Shown here one piece after another: positions 37,901 through 51,335 of a stretch of DNA of 64,000 nucleotides. The number at the start of each line of letters is the position of its first letter. Within the stretch, counting starts at the first letter, position 1. The notes under the pieces are model-generated. The model did not search any database and was not told the DNA's origin. It worked only from the letters and a program-made list of their open reading frames with translations. Origin of the DNA: Mobula hypostoma (lineage: Eukaryota); NCBI RefSeq assembly GCF_963921235.1, contig NC_086097.1:50532001-50596000 (forward strand), given 5' to 3'. A program made the translations under genes and the position numbers.

Positions 37901-38990
37901 CTTGGGATTCCCCCCCCCCCCCCACCGCCATCTCTTCTGGCTCCGCACATGGATTCCTATTCTAGTCTACCAGAGGACCAATTTTGTCCCTTGCAATCAT
38001 TTTGCTCTTAACGAATCTGTGGAATGTCTTAGGATTCTCCTTCACCTTGTTTGCCAAGGCAACTTCATGCCTTCTTTTAGCCCTCCTGATTTCTTTTTTA
38101 AGTATTCTCTTGCATTTCTTATACTCTATAAGCACCTCATTTATTCCTACTTGCCTATACCTGCTATGCACCTCCATTTTTTGTCCTTAACCACGGTCTC
38201 AATATCTCTTGAAAACCAAGGTTCCCTAAAGCTGTTATCTTTCCCTTTTATTCTGACAGGCTCATATAAGCTTTGTACTCTCAAAATTTCACTTTTGAAG
38301 GCCTCCCACTTACCAAGTACACCTTTGTCAGAAAACTGCCTGTCCTAATCCACACTTTCCAAATCCTTTCTGATACCATCAAAATTGCCGTTCCTCCAAT
38401 TTAGCATCTCAATCCGCACACTAGACCTATCTTTTTCCATACTTACTTCGAAACTAATGGAATTCTGATCACTAGATGCCAAGTGTTCCTCTACACAAAC
38501 TTCTGTCACTTGCCGTCTCATTCCCGAATAGCAGATCAAGTATCCCATACTCTTTCCTTAGGTCTTCTATGTACTGATTAAGAAAACTGTCTGAACACAT
38601 TTGACAAAGTCTATCCCATCTAGTCCTTTTACAGTATGTGAGTCCCAGTCAATATATGGAAATTAAAAACCACCTACTATAACAACCTTATGTTTCTTGC
38701 AACAGTCTGCAATCTCTCTGCAAGTTTGTTCTTCTAAATCCCTCAGACTGTTGAGTGGTCTGTAATACAGCCATATTAATGTGGTTATCCATTCTCTTTC
38801 AATCCTTCCCACTCTATCAGGTCTAAAGCAACAGAACCCTGGAACTTTGAGCTACCAGTCCTGCCCCTCCTGCAGCCAAGTCTCACCAATGACTGCAATA
38901 TCATAATTTCATGTGTTGATCCATTCCCTGAGCTCATCTGCTTATCCTACAAAACTTCTTGCATTGAAGTATACGCAGTTCAGGACTTTA
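34930..38990 (-). mobile_element. CR1 LINE (EN-RT) with nested SINE and a nested younger CR1 (36264-37257)
   Basis: [30 protein letters not shown]; a second 3' tail at 36264. Confidence 0.92.
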
Positions 38991-39400
38991 GTTGCACCAT
39001 GCTCAACCTTTTGATTCAGACATTTTGTCTGAGGTCTTAACGACACCTGTCTTCACAACCTCTCCACTATCTGTTCTGGTACTCTGGTTCCCATCCCCCT
39101 GCATATTGCAAAGCTTTTCAAAACAGTACAGTTCTATATGCAAAATAGCTAGAAAAGTGGAACACTTTGAAATTGAAGTGACCTGTTGAACAGTCTCAGC
39201 CTGAGACATTAACTGATTATTCATTTCCATCCATGCTGTGGAGTTCCTCCAGCATTTTGTGTGTCTTGTACTTTAGAACTAGCAAATCAGAAATGTAATT
39301 TCACTTGGTAGGTAGTTCAGTGTTCTCCTTCTTCCATTCACATAGCACAATACTAAATGAAAATCTAAACACTACAGATGCTGCAAATCAGAAATTAAAA

Positions 39401-41685
39401 CAGGTCACAGAGCTCTCAGTGGGTGAGCATCTCGGGGGACAGTGACCACCGCTCCCTGGCCTTTAGCATTATCATGGAAAAGGACAGAATCAGAGAGGAC
39501 AGGAAAACTTTTAATTGGGGAAGGGCAAATTATGAGGCTATAAGACTAGAACTTGCGGGTGTGAATTGGGATGATGTTTTTGCAGGGAAATGTACTATGG
39601 ACATGTGGTCGATGTTTAGAGATCTCTTGCAGGATGTTAGGGATAAGTTTGTCCCGGTGAGGAAGATAAAGAATGATAGGGTGAAGGAACCATGGGTGAC
39701 AAGTGAGGTGGAAAATCTAGTCAGGTGGAAGAAGGCAGCATACATGAGGTTTAGGAAGCAGGGATCAGATGGGTCTATTGAGGAATATAGGGAAGCAAGA
39801 AAGGAGCTTAAAGAGGGGCTGAGAAGAGCAAGAAGGGGGCATGAGAAGACCTTGGCGAGTAGGGTAAAGGAAAACCCCAAGGCATTCTTCAATTATGTGA
39901 AGAAAAAAAGGATGACAGGAGTGAAGGTAGGACCGATTAGAGATAAAGGTGGGAAGATGTGCCTGGAGGCTGTGGAAATGAGCAAGTTCCTCAATGAATA
40001 CTTCTCTTCGGTATTCACCAATGAGAGGGAACTTGATGATGGTGAGGACAATATGAGTGAGGTTGATGTTCTGGAGCATGTTGATATTAAGGGAGAGGAG
40101 GTGTTGGAGTTGTTAAAATGCATTAGGATGGATAAGTCCCCGGGGCCTGACGGAATATTCCCCAGGCTGCTCCACGAGGCGAGAGAAGAGATTGCTGAGC
40201 CTCTGGCTAGGATCTTTATGTCCTCGTTGTCCACGGGAATGGTACCGGAGGATTGGAGGAAGGCAAATGTTGTCCCCTTGTTCAAAAAAGGTAGTAGGGA
40301 TAGTCCGGGTAATTATAGACAAGTGAGCCTTACGTCTGTGGTGGGGAAAGCTGTTGGAAAAGATTCTTAGAGATAAGATCTCTGGGCATTTAGAGAATCA
40401 CGGTCTGATCAGGGACAGTCAGCATGGCTTTGTGAAGGGCAGATCGTGTCTAACAAGCCTGATAGAGTTCTTTGAGGACGTGACCAAGCATATAGATGAG
40501 GATAGTGCAGTGGATGTGATCTATATGGATTTTAGTAAGGCATTTGACAAGGTTCCACACGGTAGGCTTATTCAGAAAGTCAGAAGGCATGGGATCCAGG
40601 GAAGTTTGGCCAGGTGGATTCAGAGTTGGCTTGCCTGCAGAAGACAGAGGGTCGTAGTGGAGGGAGTACATTCAGATTGGAGGGTTGTGACTAGTGGTAT
40701 CCCACAAGGATCTGTTCTGGGACCTCTACTTTTCATGATTTTTATTAACGACCTGGATGTGGGGGTAGAAGGGTGGGTTGACAAGTTTGCAGACGACACA
40801 AAGGTTGGTGGTGTTGTAGATAGTGTAGAGGATAGTGTCGAAGATTGCAGAGAGACATTGATAGGATGCAGAAGTGGGCTGAGAAGTGGCAGATGGAGTT
40901 CAACCCGGAGAAGTGTGAGGTGGTACACTTTGGAAGGACAAACTCCAAGGCAGAGTACAAAGTAAATGGCAGGATACTTGGTAGGGTGGAGGAGCAGAGG
41001 GATCTCGGGGTACATGTCCACAGATCCCTGAAAGTTGCCTCACAGATGGATAGGGTAGTTAAGAAAGCTTATGGGGCGTTAGCTTTCGTAAGTCGAGGGA
41101 TAGAGTTTAAGAGTCGCGATGTAATGATGCAGCTCTATAAAACTCTGGTTAGGCCACACTTGGAGTACTGTGTCCAGCTCAGGTCACCTCACTATAGGAA
41201 GGATGTGGAAGCATTGGAAAGGGTACAGGGGTGATTTACCAGGATGCTGCCTGGTTTAGAGAGTATGCATTATGATCAAAGATTAAGGGAGCTAGGGCTT
41301 TACTCTTTGGAGAGAAGGAGGATGAGAGGAGACATGATAGAGGTGTACAAGATAATAAGAGGAATAGATATAGTGGATAGCCAACGCCTCTTCCCCAGGG
41401 CACCACTGCTCAAAACAAGAGGACATGGCTTTAAGGTAAGGGGTGGGAAGTTCAAGGGGGATATTAGAGGAAGGTTTTTTACTCAGAGAGTGGTTGGTGC
41501 GTGGAATGCACTGCCTGAGTCAGTGGTGGAGGCAGATACACTAGTGAAGTTTAAGAGACTACTAGACAGGTATATGGAGGAACTTAAGTTGGGGGCTTAT
41601 ATGGGAGGCAGGATTTGAGGGTCGGCACAACCTTGTGGGCTGAAGGGCCTGTACTGTGCTGTACTATTCTATGTTCTATGTTCTA
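39401..41685 (+). mobile_element. CR1 LINE ORF2, 5'-truncated, few lesions
   Basis: Consecutive ORFs 39423-41618 ([37 protein letters not shown]); (TTCTATG)n tail. Confidence 0.96.
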
Positions 41686-43554
41686 AAATGTTAGAAACAT
41701 TCAGCAGGACATGTACTGTACCTGTGGCAACTATGAAAAGAGAAACAGGGTTAATGCTTCAAGCTGAGAAGACTTTGTGGGTGAAATGAGTTCTCTTTCC
41801 TAATCTGCTTGGTGAAAAAAATCATTGGATTTATTTCAGATTTACAACAGAAATAGAAACAGCAGATCCTGGAACTACTTTGCACCAAGAAATTAGAAGA
41901 CAAGATTGTGGAGATCAAAGGTGGAGACCAAGAAAAACTACATCATTCAAATGTTGGCAAAGGTTTATTAAGTGCAAATCACATGTCTGGAATGTAGTAA
42001 ATCATTGAAGACCAGGAAGGGGAAAATATGATGGAACTGTGAAATACAGATTTTTCAAGGTGTTGTTAATATTAACTAGAGTGTATTAAAAATTTCCTGC
42101 AAACTCTGCTTAGATACAAATAAAACTGCAAAAGGTTTTTTTTGGTAAATTATTGAATTCCATGTTGAGTTCCAAGGTCAGATTAGGTGGCTGTACTTGT
42201 GTAGGTTTTGTGGAAAGGTAGTAGATTGCGAATTAAAGTGACAGTCAGGATCATCCTCATAGGCTGATCCGGGATTTCTGGAAGACAGTCACCAATGCAG
42301 ATACCAAAGTGGAAAAAGTTAATCGATGCTTCACCTGGAAGGAGTGTTTAGTCTCTGCTTGATGGGAAGGAAAGGGATAATAGCTCAGGGTGTGGCATCT
42401 CCTGGGTTAGTATGAGAAGCTACTATGGAAAGTGGACCAGCTACTTATGGAGCTTTAGCTTTCAGTTACAAAACCAGAGGAACATCCAGACATCTCTCCG
42501 ATAATTTTTTTGTATAACGTTAACCTTTCACGAGTCAAATCTTAGTTGATGAAAATTTGTTTTGTTCAACTTGCCTTCTCCTCCACCTTCAAACTAATTT
42601 ACAAAAATAATCAGCATTAAATAATTATTCATCTTAACAAGGACATGAAACAGAACTGTGTGCTCACATTTATGGAGATGTTATTAAGGTTAAACCAAAT
42701 TTAAAATATACCTATATTTCAATTTGTAAATAGATTCTATTTATGAATGTATTAGCAAGAGATTATCTACTTGATTTTGGAGTTAATGTACAGATGTTAG
42801 AAATGGATCGCCATTGAAGGAATAAGTAAAATTCTGCTTTTAAAGTATTGCCTCTCCACTTGCAGTTCAAAAAGGTTGACAGTAAATACAACTGTACAGA
42901 GACATTCATGAGCATTCCTATCATATCTAGAGCTCAACAATACTTCCATCTGTTTCAACCAGAATGAGTTATCTGCTTTGCCCTTCAAACTAGCTCCTAA
43001 AACAAGATATTTGCAGCCTCTCTGATACCTTTTCTACATTACTGGTTAGAACTAGATTAGCAGCAGTTTGTTTGTATTTTTATGTGGATCCTCTACTTTA
43101 AACCAAGGTCAGAAGATGGAATTGTGTTTTTTTTACTATAAACAGTTCCTAAATATTCAGATTGCCTGACCGAAAAACATATCATATGAGAAAATAAAAT
43201 GACTTTTTACTGATCTGACTCTTAACAAACAGTCCAGTTATTTCTTCTTACTCCATTTAATCGAGGATTTTAAACTATTTTAAAGATATTAAAGCCATAT
43301 GCATTGATACAGATCCTTTCATATCCTCAGCCAATCAAGTACTTCTAAAGTCACTTTTATAATAAAAAAACACAACACAACAGTATGCTCATAAAGTCAA
43401 CAAATAATAATCATATACATTAATTTAAATCATCAGGTAATTGGTTGATAGAAGGATAAATATTTGGTTGGATTGTGGTAACATTCCACTGTTCCCTTGG
43501 AGTAGTTGCATGGTATTACTATTTAGTTGACAAGAAGTGGTCTCACCTTGACAA

Positions 43555-46520
43555 AGAACATAAAAAAGTACAGCACTAGACACACCATTTGGCCCACAAT
43601 ACGGTGCTGATCTTGATGCCAATTTATATTGGCTTCCTCCTGCATATCATCCATATCACTCCATACCCTTCAAATTCACATGCCTCCCTAAAGTCTTGCA
43701 ATCTATCTGATTCCTCTCCTACACCTGGTAACCTACTGTATTTCAGGTACCTACCACCTTAAGCCTTAAATACTTGCCCCTCACTTTGCCCTTAATCTTC
43801 CCCTCCCCCCAACCTTTAAGACATGCCTTCTGGTGTTTGACATTTCTACCCTGGGGTCAAAATTCTGACTGTCTACTGTACTTACGCCTCTCATAATTTT
43901 AAAGTGTGTTGGCACATGGCCAAGGCGTCGGTCTAGTGATCTGAAGGTTGCTAGTTCAAGCCTCAGCTGAGGCAGCGCGTGTGTCCTTGAGCAAGGCACT
44001 TAACCACACATTGCTCTGCAACGACACCGGTGCCAAGCTATATCGGCCCTAGTGCCCTTCACTTGGACAACATCGGTGGCGTGGAGAGGGGAGACTTGTA
44101 GCATGGGCAGCTGCTGGTCTTCCATACAACCTTGCCCAGGCCTGCGCCCTGGAAACCTTCCAAGGCACAAATCCATGGTCTCACGAGACTAACGGATGCC
44201 TATATATAAATTTTAAAGACATCTATCATGTCTCCCCTCAACTTCCAATGCTCTAGGGAGAATAACTCAAGTTTGTCCATCCTTCCCTTATAGCTCAAAT
44301 CCAATCAGCATTCTGGTTAACCATTTCTGCACTCTCTCCACAGTCTCCTTATCCTTCCGATAATGGAGCGTCCTGAACCACACACAATACACATGCTGTG
44401 ATCTGACCAAAGTTTTATATAGCCGCACCATGACTTCCTTACTCATTCTCAACCTTATTCTTATTATCCATGGAGGCAAGAATGCCATACACCTTCTTTA
44501 CTACCTTGTCCATTTGTGTAGCCACTTTCAGTGAACTAGGACCTTGATTGCAAGATCCCTCTGTACCCCAATGCTATTAAAGGGTCTACCATTAACTGTA
44601 TACTTTCTCCTTCCACTTGTACTCCCAAAGTGCAACAGCTCATACTTGCCCAGACTGAATATCTGCCACTTATCTGTAACTGATCTATATCTCATTGTAT
44701 GTTTTGAAAGTCCTTTACATTGTCCACAACTCCATCAATATTAGTGTCATCTTCAAACCTGCGAATCCACCCATCTACATTTTCATAAAAATCATATCAC
44801 AAAGTCCCAGTACCAAACCTTGCAGAACACCACTGGCCACGGATCTCCAAACCAAATAACAACCCTCCATCCCTACTTAGGGTCTTCTATGGTAAACAGT
44901 TTCAAATCCAGATTTGCAATTTCAAGATTCAAGATTCAAAAAACTTTATTGTCAGGGCAGAACAAGACAGCGTTTCCCAGGAGCAGTGCAATCATACCAA
45001 AACAAACGCAACACTAAATAATAAACATAACAATAGATAGTAAAACACAACAGCCACATGTCAGTTAAAATCAAGTTATAAGTGTCCAGTGCAAGTTAAA
45101 AGTGTCCAAAGCAGAGTCAGGTGGAGCAGCTATTAAGCAGTCTGACTGCCTGTGGGAGGAAGCTGTTTAGTAGCCTTGTGGTTTTAGTTTTGATACTCCT
45201 GTAACGCTTGCCTGATGGCAGAAGAACAAACAGTTCATGGAGACAGTGTGAAGAGTCTTTGATGATGTACCGTGTCTTCTGGAGGCATCCACTCTGAAGG
45301 AGGTCTTGGACAGAAGGCAGGGAGACCCCAATAACCTCCTCTGCTCCCCTAACCACCCTCTGCAAGGCTTTTTTGTCAATAGCACTGCAGCTGGAGTACC
45401 AGGTTGTGATGCAAAAGGTCAGCACACTCTCAACCACGCCTCTGTAGAATGTAGTTAAGATGTTAGTGGGGAGTGATGCTTGTTTAAGCTTCCTCAGAAA
45501 GTGCAATCTCTGCTGGGCCCGTTTCACAATCCCAGTGGTGTTCCTGGACCAAGTGAGATTCTCCGAGATCTGCACCCCAAGGAACTTGATGTTTTCCACT
45601 CTCTCCACTGTGGAGCCGCTGATGCTGAGGGGTGTGTGCTCAGGCTGAGACCGTCTGAAATCGACGATCATCTCCTTGGTTTTGGTGACATTAAGCATCA
45701 AGTTGTTATCACTGCACCAGCTCTCTAGATGTTTGACCTCCTCCCTGTACATAGTTTCATCATTTACTCCAGATCCCATACATCTTTTTCTTCTGAAATC
45801 AAACTACACAGAGCAGCCTTTTTCAAGTGCCTTACTAAAGTAGATACTATCCATTGCCTTACCCTCACCAAGCACCATAGTCATCTCCTCAAAAACACAA
45901 CCAAGTTTATAAGACATGACCCACCTTGCACAAAGCCATGCTGACCGTCCCTAAGCAGTCTATGTCTTGCTCAATCCACTTAAATCCATTTCCTCAGTAT
46001 TCTTTCTAACAGCATCCCTACTATTGACTGAATTTCCCTGCCCAGTAATAATCTGGATTCTTCCCCATTTCCTTTGTTGAACACAGGTGCAAATTTGCTA
46101 CACTCCAGTCCTCTGGGACCTTGTCTGTTGCTAGTGAGGACACAAAGCTCCTTGCCAAAGCTCCAGTGATCTCCTCACTGCCTCTTTTTAAATATTCTGG
46201 GATATATGTCATCACACCCTGGAGACTTGATTCGCTTTGGAGGACCCAGTACTACCTTCTCCTTAAGCTTAAAATATCCTAGCACATTACCACACTGCCC
46301 CTAGTTCCCATCTTCTCCTGTTGTAATTTTCCCTTCCCCAATTTAGTATCTTCCTGCAAGATCTAATTTTATACTTATTCGTAACTATTTTAAAACTTAA
46401 TGAGTTGTGGTCACTATTCCTAAAATGTTCACCCACTATCAGGTCTGTCACCTGGCCTGGCTCATTGCCCAAAACCAGGTCCAGTATGTCTTCTCCTCCC
46501 CTTGGACTTTCTACATATTT
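43555..46520 (-). mobile_element. Old CR1 LINE hosting SINE and Rex1 insertions
   Basis: PRGGEDILDLVLGNEPGQV..SDHN; VPEDW; RLYKTLVR. Confidence 0.85.
44920..45770 (-). mobile_element. Young Rex1/Babar-type LINE 3' portion
   Basis: Open 220-aa frame (LNVTKTKEMIVDFRR, KRAQQRLHFLRKL, LLPSGKRYRS); (TTGAATC)n tail. Confidence 0.93.
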
Positions 46521-46551
46521 CTCAGAGGCACTGAAGAAATCCCACCCTATC

Positions 46552-48935
46552 AAAGGAAGAGGCGCAGTCGACGTTTCAGGCCGAGACCCTTCGTCAGGAC
46601 TAACTGAAGGAAGAGTGAGTAAGGGATTTGAAAGCTGGAGGGGGAGGGGGAGATGAAAAATGATAGGAGAAGACAGGAGGGGGAGGGATAGAGCCGAGAG
46701 CTGGACAGGTGATAGGCAAAAGGGGATACGAGAGGATCATGGGACAGGAGGTCCGGGAAGAAAGACAAGGGGGGGGTGACCCAGAGGATGGGCAAGAGGT
46801 ATATTCAGAGGGACAGAGGGAGAAAAAGGAGAGTGAGAGAAAGAATGTGTGCATAAAAATGAGTAACAGATGGGGTACGAGGGGGAGGTGGGGCCTTAGC
46901 GGAAGTTAGAGAAGTCGATGTTCATGCCATCAGGTTGGAGGCTACCCAGACGGAATATAAGGTGTTGTTCCTCCAACCTGAGTGTGGCTTCATCTTTACA
47001 GTAGAGGAGGCTGTGGATAGACATGTCAGAATGGGAATGGGATGTGGAATTAAAATGTGTGGCCACTGAGAGATCCTGCTTTCTCTGGCGGACAGAGCGT
47101 AGATGTTCAGCAAAGCGGTCTCCCAGTCTGCGTCGGGTCTCACCAATATATAAAAGGCCAGATCGGGAGCACCGGACGCAGTATATCACCCCAGTCGACT
47201 CACAGGTGAAGTGATGCCTCACCTGGAAGGACTGTTTGGGGCCCTGAATGGTGGTAAGGGAGGAAGTGTAAGGGCATGTGTAGCACTTGTTCCGCTTACA
47301 CGGATAAGTGCCAGGAGGGAGATCAGTGGGGAGGGATGGGGGGGACGAATGGACAAGGGAGTTGTGTAGGGAGTGATCCCTGCGGAATGCAGAGAGAGGG
47401 GGGGAGGGAAAGATGTGCTTAGTGGTGGGATCCTGTTGGAGGTGGCGGAAGTTACGGAGAATAATATGTTGGACCTGGAGGCTGGTAGGGTGGTAGGTGA
47501 GGACCAGGGGAACCCTATTCCTAGTGGGGTGGTGGGAGGATGGAGTGAGAGCAGATGTACGTGAAATGGGGGAGATGCGTTTAAGAGCAGAGTTGATAGT
47601 GGAGGAAGGGAAGCCCCTTTCTTTAAAAAATGAAGACATCTCCCTCGTCCTAGAATGAAAAGCCTCATCCTGAGAGCAGATGCGGTGGAGACGGAGGAAT
47701 TGCGAGAAGGGGATGGCGTTTTTGCAAGAGACAGGGTGAGAAGAGGAATAGTCCAGATAGCTGTGAGAGTCAGTAGGCTTATAGTAGACATCAGTGGATA
47801 AGCTGTCTCCAGAGACAGAGACAGAAAGATCTAGAAAGGGGAGGGAGGTGTCGGAAATGGACCAGGTAAACTTGAAGGCAGGGTGAAAGTTGGAGGCAAA
47901 GTTAATAAAGTCAACGAGCTCTGCATGCGTGCAGGAAGCAGCGCCAATGCAGTCGTCGATGTAGCGAAGGAAAAGTGGGGGACAGATACCAGAATAGGCA
48001 CGGAACATAGATTGTTCCAGAAACCCAACAAAAAGGCAGGCATAGCTAGGACCCATACGGGTGCCCATAGCTACACCTTTAGTTTGGAGGAAGTGGGAGG
48101 ACCCAAAGGAGAAATTATTAAGAGTAAGGACTAATTCCGCTAGACGGAGCAGAGTGGTGGTAGAGGGGAACTGATTAGGTCTGGAATCCAAAAAGAAGCG
48201 TAGAGCTTTGAGACCTTCCTGATGGGGGATGGAAGTATATAAGGACTGGACATCCATGGTGAAAATAAAGCGGTGGGGGCCAGGGAACTTAAAATCATCG
48301 AAAAGTTTAAGAGCGTGAGAAGTGTCACGAACATAGGTCGGAAGGGATTGAACAAGGGGTGATAAAACAGTGTCGAGGTATGCAGAAACGAGTTCGGTGG
48401 GGCAGGAGCAAGCTGAGACAATAGGTCGGCCAGGACAGGCAGGTTTGTGGCTCTTGGGTAGGAGGTAGAAACGGGAAGTGCGGGGTGTGGGAACGATAAG
48501 GTTGGTAGCAGTGGATGGGAGATCCCCTGAGCGGATAAAGTCGGTGATAGTGTGGGAGACAATGGCCTGGTGCTCCTTAGTGGGGTCACGATCGAGGGGT
48601 AAATAAGAGGAGGTATCCGCGAGTTGTCGCTGCGCCTCGGCAAGGTAGAGGTCAGTACGCCAGACTACAACAGCACCCCCCTTATCGGCGGGTTTAATAA
48701 TAAGGTTAGGATTAGTGCGGAGGGAGTGGAGAGCAGAGCGTTCCGAAGGAGTGAGGTTGGAATGGGGACAAGGTGTGGTGAAGTCGAGACGGTTGATGTC
48801 CCGTCGGCAGTTAGCAATAAAGAGATCCAGAGCAGGCAGAAGACCAGAGCGGGGTGTCCATGAAGAAGAGGAGGGTGGGATCTGAGGAAGACGGGGCTGC
48901 GGAGTGGTGGTGGGGGAAGGGGAGACGGGAGTCAC
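46552..48935 (-). mobile_element. Penelope-like retroelement (Neptune-type), 5'-truncated, with uninterrupted RT + GIY-YIG frame (46896-48935)
   Basis: Motifs KPADKG, YLLPKxHK, GRPIVS, DVxSLYTSIP, GVAMG, YIDD, FLDL, a Cys-rich linker CKRNKCYTC, and VIY...YIGET...EH. Pyrimidine-rich 3' UTR ends in a hammerhead motif. Confidence 0.95.
46566..46601 (-). ncRNA. Minimal type-I hammerhead ribozyme at the Penelope 3' terminus
   Basis: Minus strand reads AGUC-CUGACGA-AGG gucucgg CCU-GAAA-CG-UC-GACU. It has the full catalytic core, stem I AGUC/GACU, stem II AGG/CCU, a palindromic ACGU in place of stem III, and a GUC cleavage triplet. Confidence 0.8.
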
Positions 48936-49536
48936 AACAGCAGCACATAATGACCCCTTCTCCCGTCTTCAACCCTCCTCTTATTTTTGACAGTTTAGCA
49001 GTTCCTCACCAAATTGAGTTACCAATCTAGGCTACTAGCTCAAGTCCAATGAACCTCATGCCCTGAGATCACATTGCTCGCAAATCAAGGTGACGTCCAG
49101 TCTCCAGAAGAATTTTTCATCATTAAATTTCTACCAAATCTTGACCCAGTTGGTACTCACAGGTGAAGTAATGTCACCCAAACCATCACAAGAACAAGAA
49201 AATATCATCATTGTAATTTAGCTTTGACAACATGTGCATTGTTGTCAAGGCCAATGTCTATTGCCTTTGAAGATGGTGGTGAGCAAAGTTCTTGAACTCC
49301 TGTAATCTTGGTGAAAGTGGTTCCATAATGCTATTGGTAGGAGTGCTCTGGGACATGGGAGCAGCACTGATCTTCCAAGTCAGGATGGTCTACAATCAGC
49401 TGGTCATGAGGATGACACCATGCTCCTGCCGACCTTGCCTTCTCTGGCAATACAGTTGTGGGTTTGGGAGATGCTGCTGCAGTAGTTTACTATTGTATAG
49501 TGATAGTGGGGGAAATGAATGCCAATCAAGGGGATA

Positions 49537-50455
49537 AATAGACAATAGACAATAGGTGCAGGAGTAGGCCATTCGGCCCTTCGAGCCAGCACTGCCATTC
49601 ATTGTGATCATGGCTGATCATCCACAATCAGTATCCAGTTCCTGCCTTATCCCCATTACCTTTGATTCTGCTATCTTTAAGAGCTTTATCTATCTCTTTC
49701 TTGAAAGCATCCAGAGACTTGGCCTCCACAGCCTTCTGGGGCAGAGCATTCCATATATCCACCACTCTCTGGGTGAAAAGTTTTTCCTCAACTCCGTTCT
49801 AAATGGCCTACCCCTTATTCTTAAACTGTGGCCTCTGGTTCTGGACTCACCCATCAGCGGGAACATGCTTCCTGCCTCCAGCGTGTCCAATCCCTTAATA
49901 ATCTTATATGTTTCAATAAGATCCCCCCTCAGCCTTCTAAATTCCAGAGTATACAAGCCCAGTCGCTCCAATCTTTCGACATATGACAGTCCCGCCATCC
50001 CAGGAATTAACCTTGTGAAACTACGCTGCACTCCCTCAATAGCAAGAATGTCCTTCCTCAAATTTGGAGACCAAAACTGCACACAGACCTCCAGGTGTGG
50101 TCTCACCAGGGCCCTGTACAGCTGCAGAAGGACCTCTTTGCTCTTATACTCAATTCCCCTTGTTATGAAGGCCAGCATGCCATTAGCTTTCTTCACTGCC
50201 TGCTGTACTTGTATGCTTGCTTTCAGTGTCTGATGTACAAGAACACCTAGATCTCGTTGTGCTTCCCCTTTTCCTAACTTGACTCCATTTAGATAATAAT
50301 CTGCCTTCCCATTCTTACCACCAAAGTGGATAACCTCACATTTATCCACATTAAACTGCATCTGCTATGCATCAGCCCACTCATCCAGCCTGTCCAAGTC
50401 ACCCTGCATTCTCATAACATCCTCCTCACATTTCACACTGCCACCCAGCTTTGTG
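49537..50455 (-). mobile_element. CR1 LINE (different subfamily), 5'-truncated
   Basis: ORF 49690-50361; (CTATTGT)n tail. Confidence 0.93.
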
Positions 50456-50707
50456 ATGGTTTTATCCGCAGTAGTGTCGAGAGCCTTCAATGTTGCTACA
50501 GTTGCATTTATCTGGGCAAACTGAATATTTCTCATGGTTTTGACTTGTACATTGTAGATACTAGATGGGAGGAAAATAAAAACTGTACAGTAGCAAATAG
50601 CTCACTAGAAGATGCCCAGCATCGCACCTTGTAGCCAGTTTAATTATCCATTTTTTTGAGTTTCTGGTCAGTGGTAATCCCTATATTGTTGATGGTGGGG
50701 CACTTGG

Positions 50708-51248
50708 TTGAGAGTGTGCTGACCTTTTGCATCACAACCTGGTACTCCAGCTGCAGTGCTGTCAACAAAAAAGCCTTGCAGAGGGTGGTTAGGGGAGCAG
50801 AGAAGGTTATTGGGGTCTCCCTGCCTTCTGTCCAAGACCTCTTTCAGAGTCGATGCCTCCAGAAGACATGGTACATCAGTAAAGACCCCTCACACCCTCT
50901 CCATGAACTGTTCGTTCTTCTGCCATCAGGCAAACGTTACAGGAGCATCAAAACTAAAACCACAAGGCTACTAAACAGCTTCCTCCCACAGGCAGTCAGA
51001 CTGCTTAATAGCTGCTCCACCTGACTCTGCTTTGGACACTTTTAACTTGCACTGGACACTTATAACTGATTTAACTGACATGTGGCTGTTGTGTTTTACT
51101 ATCTATTGTTATGTTTATTATTTAGTGTTGCGTTTGTTATGTTATGATTGCACTGCCCCTGAGGAACGCTGTCTCATTCTGCCCTGCAGAGCTGATGTAT
51201 GGTTGGAATGACAATGACGTTTTTTGAATCTTTTGAATCTTGAATCTT
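50708..51248 (+). mobile_element. Second copy of the same Rex1/Babar family
   Basis: Near-identical peptide VESVLTFCITTWY...AVRLLNSCST and tail. Confidence 0.93.
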
Positions 51249-51335
51249 AGTAATGGTACTGACATTGAATATATTCAGTACTGAATGTTGAGGTTAGATG
51301 CTCTTGATGAAGATGATTATTGTCTAATACCCATA

